Assembly (NCBI RefSeq): GCF_036588685.1
Contig: NC_086373.1
Span: 41,602,001-41,666,000, forward strand
Reading direction: 5' to 3'
Length of the DNA: 64,000 nucleotides
From: Mytilus trossulus
Lineage: Eukaryota
The notes under the pieces were generated by a model. The model ran no database searches, was not told the origin of the DNA, and saw only the letters and a list, made by a program, of their open reading frames with translations. Below are positions 1-11,556 of the stretch, piece by piece; position 1 is the first letter of the stretch, and each line of letters starts with the position of its first letter. Made by a program: the position numbers and the translations under genes.

Positions 1-18
1 CAAATATTCATTTTACAG

Positions 19-704
19 TATATGCACCAACAGACAAACATGCATTAGACAGACATGGAGTAGCAAAAGTTTTTCTGGATGAACACACAGTTGGAAGAAA
101 CATAAACAGGCGTCGTGGTGATGGATCTCTTTCTGTACTGGATGTTATTGATGCAAATAGACGAGCAGGATCAAGAGGAGTTGCAACATCTCATGGAATA
201 GGCAGTGAGTTTATTACACATGGGTCATCTTCCGGTAGAGGATTATCTGGAGTTTCAGTTGGTGGCAGGACCGCTGTATCTGGAAGCATTAGAGGCTCTT
301 CAATTGGTTTGTCCCGTGCTTTATCTGACGCTAATGATCAGTTCACGTCTGGTAGCCGAATTGGTTCATCTGGTCTGGCTAGAAATTTGGATCTGTCAAG
401 AAATTCTCATTTGGAAACTATTGGTAGTGGCCATGGAGTGTCTGGTCATTCGGGTGCAGATATTCCTGACGCAATCAGTTCTGGACGAGGTGGGCGTGTT
501 GTACTAGACACTGTTTCTGCCAGACGGAGTGGATCAGCACGTACTTCAGGTTCAGGAGTCGTTTCTCAGTCAGTGCTAGGAGGAAACACTGTTTGCAAAA
601 ACGACTGTTTTAGTGATGGAGATTGTCCAACAAACAGATACTGTGCCACTGTAAATTGTCACAGAATTTGCAGAAGAAGACTGTCAAATGGATACTCATC
701 ATGA
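19..704 (+). CDS. Gene A1, terminal coding exon of secreted Gly/Ser-rich protein with C-terminal 6-Cys WAP-like module (upstream exons outside window)
   Basis: Acceptor ttttacag at 11-18; open phase-1 frame (V)YAPTDKHALDRHGVAKVFLDEHTVG...CKNDCFSDGDCPTNRYCATVNCHRICRRRLSNGYSS*; 686 nt like the paralogous exons. Confidence 0.88.
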
Positions 705-756
705 AAAGCCTATCACCGAAATCCAGACTATGAACCTTTTTTTATATCTTTTTTAA

Positions 757-762
757 AATAAA
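757..762 (+). terminator. Polyadenylation signal AATAAA (same position after every paralog)
   Basis: AATAAA ~52 nt after the stop, followed by a T/GT-rich tract; conserved in the copies. Confidence 0.6.
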
Positions 763-1532
763 ATATTGCATTTAGCTTTTGTTATTGTATAGATTTTTTT
801 GTTATTTTATCAAAAATATTGACAAAGTCATTTGTCAAATAAAACGTATCAGAAAAATAAAAACAGCATACAGTCATAAATACAAATATGAATAAAGATA
901 ACAAAAGCATACAGCAGTTTTAAAAAATGTTCGGTAATTTGTTTAAATTACAGTTACTCGTAACACACAAAAAACATAACAAAAACAATCATAAAACATT
1001 TTCATCGCCAAAAGCAAAGACAATTCCTTGTCAATCTATACATTGATTGGAATTCTGAAATAACTACAAACATTCTTAGAAATTTTATGTTGGATACATG
1101 CTGATAGCTAGACAACACGGAAAACTAACGATTTTCTTTACAAAAACAGATAAATGGAGAATATTAGCATAGAAATATTTGATTATAAAAAGATGTATAC
1201 ATGGAACCTGAATTATAACATAAAAAGTATGAGGATATATTTGATTGCGAAAACTGTTAACCATGTTTACCTTGGGAAATAATATGTTTATTTGTAAATT
1301 GTTATATGTATACATTCATAAAGTTCGTGCTTGATGTAAAAAGACATATGAACTTATTTTTATCTAACTGTGGGATTGGATTTCAATCATTGTTGAAGGT
1401 AATTCTGGAGCATTTAGTTGTAAATTTCAACATTGTTACGTGTATGATGGATATTTGTCTTATCGGTAATCATTCCATATCTTATATCTTTATTAATTTG
1501 ACAGGTAAAAGTCTTCCAGCTGCACTCTTTAA

Positions 1533-2646
1533 TATCAATTCTCTGTAATTATCAAACAATGTCAATACTGGCTGGCCACACTACCTTTTCAAATTTCTTT
1601 AAACTTATTGTGTGTAGTCACACTACATAACCATTAATGTTTTCAATAAAAAAAAATAACCAAAATGATGGGTTGCTATGGAAACGGTGTTACCTATTTT
1701 TCATACAATGGCCTCCTGAGAAAAAACACAAAAACTGCAATTCTGACCAATTTAATTGACATAATATAGTATAATATTTACAATACAGTAAAATATGCTT
1801 TATTTATCTTAAACTACTGTATTTCAAGTTTCTTATCATATAAAAAAATATTCATAAAAATAATTTTGCATAATTCAAAACGGCACTTTATATATACAAA
1901 TTTTGGCATTTTACCAAATCAAGAAAATTCCCTTTGGGAGCCTATTTTGAATAGATTTTGTTTACCTTTGCACACTGATTTGAAACTAAACTAATGATAA
2001 TATACGTAGATGATATATAGTTGGATTTAAACCCCCCAAAAAAATTGTGGGAAATTTCAAGACCTTTCTGTACATAAATCCTAAAAAATGACAAAAAATT
2101 GCAAAATATGCATATTTCCATGGAAATGGTAGTTCATTTCAAATTGCAATATATTGTCTCTTGGCAAAATATTTCACTAAACAATCAACAAAATAATGAT
2201 ACTCAGCCACATTTTATAAAGGTTAATTAATTTTTCAGGTTTTCATTAAGAAACTTTTAAAAGGGTGGGGGGGGGGGGGGGAAGGGGGTGCAAAACTTGA
2301 AAACTTGAAAATAGCATAATTCTCACATTTTTTGTTCAATTTAAATGAAAATTGAAGGAGACTTTTGTTTTTTAGTACTGAAACACTGTGTAAAGTTTTC
2401 AATTAAAGGTTTATCGGTTTTCCAGTTGTCATCTGGACCCTTCCAAAAAAGGGGGAGGGGGGGTCAGATGGCATAAACTTAAAAATAGCATAAATCATAA
2501 AACTTTTTGTTGGATTTAGATGAAAACTGAACTTGATCTGTTGTTTATAGGATTAAAACACTGTGTTAAGATTGTTACATATTTTTGATTGGTTCTCAAG
2601 TTATCATCTGGATTCATCAGGGATCGACTGACAACCATAACTTCAA
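1533..2646. mobile_element. Copy-specific ~1.1 kb insertion, probable non-autonomous element
   Basis: Absent from the paralogous flank at ~38550 (gcactctttaaggtctcatg); TTAA on both sides; internal duplicated unit (~2290-2445 / ~2470-2610) and G-runs. Confidence 0.6.
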
Positions 2647-3621
2647 TTAAAGTTTCTCATGTTTCTATACAAATGCATTTTTTGTGAAACAAAAATTTGA
2701 CACACAACTCACAATTGCACATGATCTGCTGTAAGATGGTCACAACTGTCGGAACAATGAGTTGTTGAATTAGCATTCATTCGATGTAAATTTTTAAGGA
2801 AAAATTAAAGCATTTAATTAACACTTAAATAAAACATTTTTTTTGTCCAGAAGCCAAATAAAGAAAAGTACAAATTTACCAAACAGTGCTTGTGCTACTA
2901 GAACTATAACTTTAGGTGGTTTTGTAAGACTTTTTTTATCAATCATAGAAGAAATGTGCTGTCCTGAGTTTGAATGATTATTCGCTTAAAGATAATAACT
3001 GATAAGTTAATATATTTTTTTACTCCTTTTGCCCGTCAGTCCTGATCATATCTAAAACAAACTTTTTATCAGTTTGAGGAGTTTTGCATTTGATATCTGA
3101 CATAATTCGTATATTTTTGTTACTTAAACAATAAAAGTCTTCATAGAAACAATTACGAAAATCTTTTACTTACGATTACATAAAGATACTAACAAGTGAA
3201 CAATTTTAAGTTGACACATATAAAGAAATTAACACAAAGGAACATAATTAGAACTATACAATGCTACATGCTTGCAGGATCTTGGATACGATCTAACATA
3301 TTAGAATCTAAGCATACAGAAATGCACCTTATGTGATTCTCCTCCTTTTTTGGTTTTTGCTGCTATCCAAAATCAAAATTGTTGTTTTTTTTCTTCATTG
3401 GAATCATTTGGAAACTTTTGCAATCTTCTGCGTCTTCAAGTAAATCTTCCCCAGAGATGGAGCCACTCAATTAGCTGTGTCCAATTAACGGATCAGTTTT
3501 CAAAATGATGAATATATATAAAAAAAGAATTTATTCCAAAGTTAAAAGGTTGAAAGGTACACCCAAAATGGAACATTTCACATGCACAACATTAAATTAC
3601 AGGAACATAAATATATATATA

Positions 3622-4407
3622 CTGGTAATCATTATGGAAATATAAATCCGTTAAAACTTTTAATTTTTTTTCCTTTCGTGACGTTTTTTTCGCGATTTTT
3701 TGTTTTTTTCAAAATTTACATAAAACGACAATTTAAAAAAAAAGAAGTTTCAAATAATGATGCCAACCTCTTATTAAAAGGTAAAGACAGTGTTTGCCAT
3801 CAAGTTGTTTTTAAAAATCATACAGTTTCTTCGTTTATTTGTTAAGCAAAGTTTGTCCCCACGAGAAATTGTTAAAATGTATACATTATCAACTGATTTA
3901 CCATAGACAGTATGTGTAAAGTGATATTCAAAAAGCGGTAACAATCTTAAAACTTATCCGAAAGGTTCCAAATTTACTGTGTGTTGTTTTCATATCTAAA
4001 GCATTGATTTGAGACGAAAATAAAAAAAAATATTTTTGCATTTTTTGAGATTTAAAAAAACACCTTTTTTCCCAAAAATTTGAAAAAAACAATATTTCAA
4101 CCCATTACTTACAACATGAACATTACTTGATTAGCATATTGAATATTTTTAAACAAATTTGAAATTTTATTTAGAAATTAGAAATTATGTGTCGATTTTT
4201 TATTCAACTTTCCGCAAAACTAATTTGCACCCTACGATCGTTTACACTGAATTTAGATGCTGTCCGACAAGGTTTGATTTTCATTATCACATGTGAATAC
4301 ATTGCAAATACAAGCTTTTTAAAATAGTGTATCTCATTTTTTCTTATATTTAATACTTTTTGATCAATTTTATTTCAAAGTCGTGTATCGTTTCTTTTGT
4401 TGACTAG
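3622..4407. mobile_element. ~790 bp insertion into a TA run, probable DNA-transposon derivative
   Basis: Empty site at ~39520 (ggaacataactatatatatatctacaaagcac); TA repeats on both sides; only weak terminal similarity. Confidence 0.6.
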
Positions 4408-4485
4408 TATATATATCCACAAAGCACTCAAAGCACGTTGGCCAATATGTAGATTTTATATTAAAAACACTGTTTAACTAAATAA

Positions 4486-4821
4486 AATCTATGAATGGTT
4501 GGCACTGATTTAAATTAGTGTCTGCTCCATGACAGTCTTGAACATTGAAAAAGAGACACTGCTATTATAGTTTTGGTGCAGTATTTGCTGTTACTGTACA
4601 CCACAGTTTAGCATAGAACCCTATACATGAAAACCAGAAACAGAAAACACAATCAAATCTATGAACGGTTGCATTGCACTGATTTAAATTAGTGTCTCCT
4701 CCATGACAGTCTGGAACATGAAATAAAAGACACTGCTCTTTTAGTGTTTGGTCCAGTTTTGCTGCCACTGTGCACCACATGTACAGTTCAACATAGAACC
4801 CTATATGAGAAAACCAGAAAC
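4486..4821 (+). repeat. Tandem dimer of ~170-bp unit inside spacer S
   Basis: aaatctatgaa...gcactgatttaaattagtgtct...tagaaccctat...aaaaccagaaac occurs twice; also present in the other S copies. Confidence 0.8.
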
Positions 4822-4864
4822 CTCTTTATGTCAGAAAAAACAATCAAACCTCCAAACATACTAT

Positions 4865-5006
4865 TTAGGGGCCAGCTGAAGGACGCCTCCGGGTGCGGGA
4901 ATTCTCGCTTCATTGAAGACCTGTTGGTGACCTTCCACTGTTGATTTTTTTTTCTTTGGTCGGGTTGTTGTCTCTTTGACACATTCCCCATTTTCATTCT
5001 CAATTT
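4865..5006 (+). mobile_element. Short interspersed repeat insertion
   Basis: Empty site aaactatcaacac at ~17270 and ~39972; ends ttgtctctttgacacattccccattttcattctcaatttt. Confidence 0.7.
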
Positions 5007-5806
5007 TATCAACACTGATTTGTGTCCACACTTGTAAAGTATACAAAATACACATTTTATTTGAGATTGTTTGACAAAGATATGTTGTTTTTCGACTAAA
5101 CTCCAATTTAACAAAGCTTTTTTTTTTTTACTTTAAAGCCGTTTGATTGACGATCTTTTTTAATCAATGATAAGCATTAAAAATAATCTAAACTATATTT
5201 ATTGATATTGATCGATTTGTTTTTAAAGACTGCAGCTACAAATATATTTTTTTTTGTTCTACAGTGAAATAAAATCAGAAAAGTATCGTATGTCTCATAA
5301 CATAAAATATTAGAAGAGTATCTTGATTATGAAGACCAATTGTATTTTCTTGATATGAAAGACTATATATATGATTTCTTACTCAAACACTAATGGATAC
5401 TCTGACATTTCAATAAAAAAGTGTTCGGGTTAGGTAAGTTAGTTATCAAACATGAGACCTTGAAGAGTGCATCTGGAAGACTTTTATCTGTCTAATTAAT
5501 AAATATTTAAGATATGGAATGATTGATTTTGTAACATTTTTTTATGTGTTACGAGTTACTGTAATTAATACAAAACACAAAACATTTTTTTCAATTGCTG
5601 TATGCTTTTGTGATATTTTTTCATATTTGTAATTGTGACTGCATGCTGTTATACTTTTTCTGATTAGTTTTATTTGACGAATGACTTTGTCAATATTTTT
5701 GATAAAATAACGAAAAATCTATACAATAGCAAAAGTGGAATGCAATATTTTATTTTAAAAAAGATATAAAAACATGTTCATAGTCTGGATTTCAGTGATA
5801 TGCTTT

Positions 5807-6988
5807 TCATGATGAGTATCCATTAGACAGTCTTCTTCTGCAAATTCTGTGACAATTAACAATGGCACAGTATCTGTTTGTTGAACAATCTCCATCACTA
5901 AAACAGTCGTTTTGGCAATCAATTTTTCCTCCTACCACTGACTGAGAAATGAATCCCAAACCTGAAGTACGTGCTGATTCACTACGTCTTGTAGAAGCAG
6001 TGTCTAGAACCAAACGCCCACCTCGTCTAGAACTGATTGAGTCAAGAATATCTGTACCTGTATGACCAGACACTCCATGGCCACTACCAATAGTTTCCAA
6101 ATGAGAATTTCTGGACAGATCCTCATTTCTGGCCAGACCAGATGAACCAATTCGGCTACCAGAGGTAAAATGATCATCATCGCCAGATAAAGCACGGGAC
6201 AAACCAATTGAAGAACCTCTTATGATTCCAGATACAGGGTTTCTGCCCCCAACAGTAGCCCTAGACAATCCTCTACCGGAAGATGACCCGTGTGTAATAA
6301 ATTCACTGCCTATTCCATGAGATGTTTCATCTCCTCTAAACATCTCCTCTTGATCCTGCTCGTCTATTTGCATCAATAACATCCAGTAAAGAAAGAGATC
6401 CCTCACCACGACGCCTGTTTATGTTTCTACCAACTGTGTGTTCGACCAGTAAAACCTTCTCCACTCCATGTCTATCCAATGCATGTTTGTCTGTGGGTGC
6501 ATATACTGTAAAATGAATATTTGACGTGTTATAATTTTCACAAATCTAGTAATTAAAAAAAAAACTTTTGTTGATACGTAGATACTAGGATAACTGATAT
6601 TTTTACCAATTTGATTACCATATTCTTTAGATGAAATGACTAGAATGTTATCAACTGCATGGAACGTACGATTTCAGGACAGATGTAGGCTCATACTGTA
6701 TAGTAAGCTAAAAAAGAGTCCACATGAGAAATATGAATCAATTAAAAAAAAAACAGAAAACGTTTTGTGAAATTTTCTTTTATGTATATACAGATTGTAG
6801 TAATAAACACTCTTATGTACAAAAATTATATCTTTTTGACAATTGTATTATGGTAAGGTATTGGGAATTTTGTATCTTAACACCCAAAATATTTTATAAA
6901 AACATTCTATAAACTCTCATTAAATTTACTTACCGGCTACTGTTATTGTGGTCAATGCCATTAAAATGAAAATGGTTTGGAATCTCAT
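5807..6988 (-). pseudogene. Gene A2, frameshifted paralog (exons 6988-6934 and 6505-5807)
   Basis: Signal exon MRFQTIFILMALTTITVA with GT donor; terminal exon is 699 nt (686+13) because AGAGGAGATG-TTT-AGAGGAGATG gives an immediate in-frame TAG after ...RRAGSRGDV. Confidence 0.85.
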
Positions 6989-7162
6989 CCTCTTTATAGT
7001 TTCTGAAAAATAACAGAATTAATGTTTTACGTTACTGGAATTTTGATGTGCACGTTTCTTATGATTTTTAATTACCTAGAGAAAGAATGTTTCGTTGAGT
7101 AAAGCAGGCAATCATTTTGAAAAATCATACTTAATTAAATTGTTTTAGAATGCCCTTTTCTT

Positions 7163-7422
7163 TTTTTCTTTTTTTCATCTTTAAAATTCCTTTATTTCCA
7201 TCAGTTGCTTGTTTCATTGTCTTCAACAAGTCCAAGCTCCTTGTGAAGAATACATATAAATTTCAATTCTATTATATATTAATAAATAAAACATCAATCT
7301 AATAAATGTTTCTTAACATTAACTAAAAAATTATCTTCTTTTAATTTCTTTGAATAATACATTCGTTTTGTAAATTCTCTTATGAATAGACAAAAAACAT
7401 CAAGTCTTTTCATTTTCTGATC
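7163..7422 (-). mobile_element. 260-bp retro-type insertion in intron 1 of A2
   Basis: 16-bp direct repeat agaatgcccttttctt at 7147-7162 and 7423-7438; A-rich 3' end on minus strand; absent from other class A introns. Confidence 0.65.
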
Positions 7423-7658
7423 AGAATGCCCTTTTCTTACAACTTCTTCATTTGCCTTCTATATCTTAAAATGCAATATTAACAGGTAGAAAATTTGGTA
7501 AGAATTCATATATTTGAACCATTTAGTATGTATTTTTTTATGCCTTTTCTAATTCCTCAATGAATTATTTCTTGTTTATCTGTGTTATATGTAATGTTCA
7601 TAGTTATTGCTATGTAAATCTAGCATTTTTATTTATAATACATATGTATATTTCTCAC

Positions 7659-7980
7659 CTTAGTATAAAACAATAGGAATAGTTTGTAATGAATATTGTT
7701 GTATTGCTTCAGAATTGTTCTTTTATACCGTATCCAATTTTTTTTCTAATAGTTGACATACACACAAGTAAATTTGGATATCAACCACAAATGATGAATT
7801 TGTTAATTATGTTTCAAACTTTTAAATGTCACAATGTCATTGTACTTTGCAGTCTTGGATTATGCTCATGTATAAAAAAAACAACTGTACTCAGTGTTAT
7901 TTTGTTTTCTTACTGCTGCACACACATTTGGCGTGATGTCATAATACACGTAGTCATTACGAAATATTATTTTGACTGAT
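7659..7980 (-). promoter_or_regulatory. A2 proximal promoter and non-coding exon 1
   Basis: TATAAAAG 7727-7720, TCATT initiator-like ~7690, donor AAG/GTGAG after 7659, TGTGGTT 7789-7783. Confidence 0.65.
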
Positions 7981-8312
7981 GAACAATATGGTTAAATATG
8001 CAAATTATTAATTTCGTTGCAATCAGAGACTTGCACAAACTATCCGAAAGCCTCCTATATCCTCATGGTTTAGACGTTCAAATGTTTTAAATGAAATTAC
8101 TTGAAAACCACTGTTTGATATTTTGTTCGAATGTGTTTTTTTTAAACACAGTAATTATTAAGACATAACTTACATAACACTGCTTGAGCTTATGCTTACA
8201 ACAAGGACGAGAACCATCCTTATTTGTAAACAAACTAGTAAACAATTTTGAAGAAAAAATAGTTTTGATGTATCTTGCATATCTCCTCCTCATGTTCCGT
8301 CATTGTTATGCT

Positions 8313-8338
8313 TGTTCATTAGGAATGTTATCACCAAT
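8313..8338 (-). repeat. Single unamplified monomer of the 26-bp promoter VNTR
   Basis: Reverse complement attggtgataacattcctaatgaaca with the same flanks as the three arrays. Confidence 0.85.
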
Positions 8339-8874
8339 CTAAAACTTCAAAAGAATTCACATCACTGTGTTAGGTTCTAAGTTACAAAACATTAATACTC
8401 ATAAGTGTTGTTTATATATAATCTACATATAAATCAACTCTAAAAGTTGTTTGATTTCTCAGTATCTTTTGGCTGTTGAAAACTTTTGGTTACATGATAG
8501 AATGGTTTACTTTTTCATTTTATAGAGAGAAAAATACAAAAGGAAACAGTATTCAAAACAAAACCTATTAAACTACATAAATTGCAGCACCAACCACTTC
8601 ATACCCCGGGGCGATCTCAGCTGCAAGTGAAAACTACTTTAACTAATCTAAGTAGATTTTACTCAATAATGACACAAAAACTGCCTGCACTGACTATTTG
8701 TACTATTGCATGTATTGAAAGATGATTGACTTTTTTTAATATAGAAACTACAAACACATATTGAATAAAACGGAAACGAAACTCAAAATACTCAAAATAT
8801 AAAAACTCCTATGTAAACTTCGATTTAAAATAAACAGATATCTAGTTCATTTATCACGTACATGTATCTTTATA

Positions 8875-9325
8875 AGGTGGCACGGTAGTATTTGCATTCC
8901 AGAATTTTGGTTGCTCTTTTGTGTACCCTTCCTTAGTGAATGTATCTGAACAGTGTGATTAAACAAAAAAAAAACAGTATCAACTGAATACACTTTCCCA
9001 AACTGAGGAATGAATCAGGTGTAGAAAAATATTAAATAATTTTACAAACAGATGAAAATGAATTTTTAAGAATTTAGTTTTTCAAATTGTGCATTCACTG
9101 CATGACAAAAAAAACCCGAAAGCACTAGAGGCCTTAGGTTTTTCTAAAAATAGCCAAAAAAGTAAACGGTCATGTATATACTATTCAAATTCATTTCTGA
9201 ATAGTAAAATGAAATTTCTTTTGTTAAGTGTGAATGTAGAATGTTTTGCAGTGTAAAAAAGTAGTGAAAATTCTAAAAAGGCCATCATTATGGCTTACGG
9301 GCCAGGAAATACTACCGTGCCACCT
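8875..9325. mobile_element. Old MITE with 19-bp TIR AGGTGGCACGGTAGTATTT in divergent spacer 1
   Basis: Perfect inverted repeat 8875-8893 / 9307-9325; non-coding interior. Confidence 0.7.
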
Positions 9326-10014
9326 ATAATATATATCAATGATAGTGCAATTGCTTTAGACCTGGTTTCATTTTCTTGGTTAGCAATACAAATAACTGTT
9401 TTAAACACCTTATACGTATTTAGTATGCAAACTGTTTGTTTTACATTGATTAGAAAAGAACGCCAGGCTAACATTTATGGAATACACAACACTGATGCAT
9501 AAAAGATTTATAGTGCATTCCATTTTTTCAATGTTACTTCAACAGAAATTTTAAATCCATATGCATAAAGGTAGATAAAACGATGTAAGCGTGTGATTTG
9601 AATTCTTGGAAGTGTTATTGTAAACCAAAGTACATATATAGGTTTAACATCTTGCTCACAGAAGATTATTTTTCACTGAGGCTTTTTTTATTTTATATAA
9701 TTTTAGCTTTTTCAAAATAATTGCGATCTATCTCCCCTTTTTATATGTGTTTGCCAATCGAATGGAAGCCATTTTTCCTCTGACAGGGCTTTTTCGTTAT
9801 TCATATGAGGCAGACTTTCAACAATAGCTTCTCAAAAAATTGTAAAGATACAAGAACTACGATTAACTTTAGATTTGATAATGTAAATTTGTGTTTTGTT
9901 GTCTTTCATTTTTACTTATTTGCTTTGTCTAATTCACGTTTTGTGCTTATATACTACATGTTTTCTTGTTTTTATATTGATTAACATTATAACACAACTT
10001 TTTTCTGATATTTT

Positions 10015-10230
10015 TACCTATGATATCTCATTGGTTTGTTCACACATCAATATAATGGAATTTGAAGCAACTGTCATACAAGTCAAACGTTTAACCAGCT
10101 ATGCAACAAGGTTTAATCCATCAGTTTCTGCAAAAGTAAAAGTTTGTACCAAGTCAGGAAAATATCAGTTGATATCCCTTTGTTTGATGCGTATGAGAAT
10201 TTGATTTTTCAATGGGATTAGGGACTTTTA
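10015..10230 (+). repeat. Interspersed repeat fragment with CCAAGTCAGGA core (also in the other three divergent spacers)
   Basis: Shares the core with repeats at ~20760-20885, 47489 and 60958. Confidence 0.5.
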
Positions 10231-10737
10231 GAGACGTTTTGTCCGCCTGAAATAATGAATTGAACACAAAATGTTACTACGGAACGAAAGAACAAGATAT
10301 TTTTACATATCAAAACTTAAGTTAAAATAAAATTTTACATTTCAGGACAAAATGTCGAGAGGCAACAAAAAAGGACATATTCTTTTTTTTTTTAACCCAA
10401 GATAAAACAGAGCCCAGATTTGACTCAACTTTGTTTCAATTTTTAGTTTTCCTTCAAAATTTGTTCCTTATATGTTATAGACTCAAGTTTATTTAATACT
10501 AGTAAACCGTTTGTAAACAAACCGCTAGTATTGTGTATATGTTTAAAATCCTAAAAAAGAAGAGTTTCCCAACGTCAACCAGTTCACCTTTAAGAGTGGT
10601 TTTCCAAGCAATTCAAAGAAATACTAATATCGTTTAAAAGGAAATAAAAGACTTCAGATTATTATTTTTTTTGTATTGTTCAAGTCTCTGGTTATTACCA
10701 AAACAGCCATCAATTTATTTGCAAACATTAATAATAG

Positions 10738-11045
10738 GTCAAAGCAATATTTCATAACACGTACATGTATTATGACGTAACGAAAACTATGTTGATTGTA
10801 TGAGGAAACAAAATGTGTTTTTGACCCTGAGAATATTTCTGTGAACATGTATTGCAATTCCTTAGTACTACGACAGTGTGACATTTAAAAATAAACAACG
10901 AATTCATCATTTGCGGTTAACTTTAAACTTTCCTTGTGTACATGTATATTATAAACAATATAATTGAAAACGAACGATATAAAAGAGCGATTTGGAGGCA
11001 ATAAACATTATTCATTAGAGATAATTCAAATTGATCCAAACAAAG
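10738..11045 (+). promoter_or_regulatory. B1 proximal promoter and non-coding exon 1
   Basis: TGCGGTT 10912-10918, TATAAAAG 10978-10985, TCATT ~11012, donor AAG/GTAAG after 11045. Confidence 0.65.
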
Positions 11046-11556
11046 GTAAGAAATTATTAAAGCAGAATCATAACTAATTGGTATTAATAAATAGGAAAGA
11101 AATAACTAAAATTAATGCAATAGTAACAAAGGTAGGAAATAAGTGATAAAAGATTTAGAAAATTGTATTTATAAAGTTTTAAGCCTGATGCATAGTTCAA
11201 TATTTTGGTTTTGATCTCAATAATTTGAATTTAGATTCAGTAACACAAAACTGCTTCAAACTATAATTTATTTTCATAACTTATATTTCCTGTGTTTAAA
11301 AATATATCAGACGTTTTATTCGGAATGAAATAATTATTGGAGGTATTCAAGTTAATAATGTTTTTTCTGCATTTGTAAATTGTGCGTATACATCCTATGT
11401 ATCTTTTTAATTTGTAATGTGAACCTAATTTCTCTGTTAAATCATATTGCATTTCTAAATTGAAACTTTATTTCCACAATTAACATTTCTCGTATTAAAA
11501 AATTTGAACTGCTATTTTGTATGTTACGATATTTTTCCTCTAAATTTCAGACTTGA

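Larger units (their letters stand above)
2651..5460 (+). repeat. Spacer segment S (other copies ~15875-17630 and ~38560-40335)
   Basis: Same non-coding block (gacacacaactcacaattgcacatg ... gttatcaaacatgagacc) recurs three times in the same orientation. Confidence 0.85.

Noticed and set aside
205-507. Alternative-frame hydrophobic ORFs over exon 3 (also 6004, 20125, 37285, 42832, 50089, 53786)
   Set aside because: Shadow frames of the real exon, with variable starts and stops and non-ATG starts
2262-2290. Long G-run with G-quadruplex potential
   Set aside because: Inside a copy-specific insertion, not conserved in paralogs, and homopolymer length is unreliable
5807-6409. 200-aa ORF with a novel N-terminus MVRDLFLYW...
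   Set aside because: Artefact of the 13-nt frameshift in A2 joining an out-of-frame segment to the true C-terminal frame
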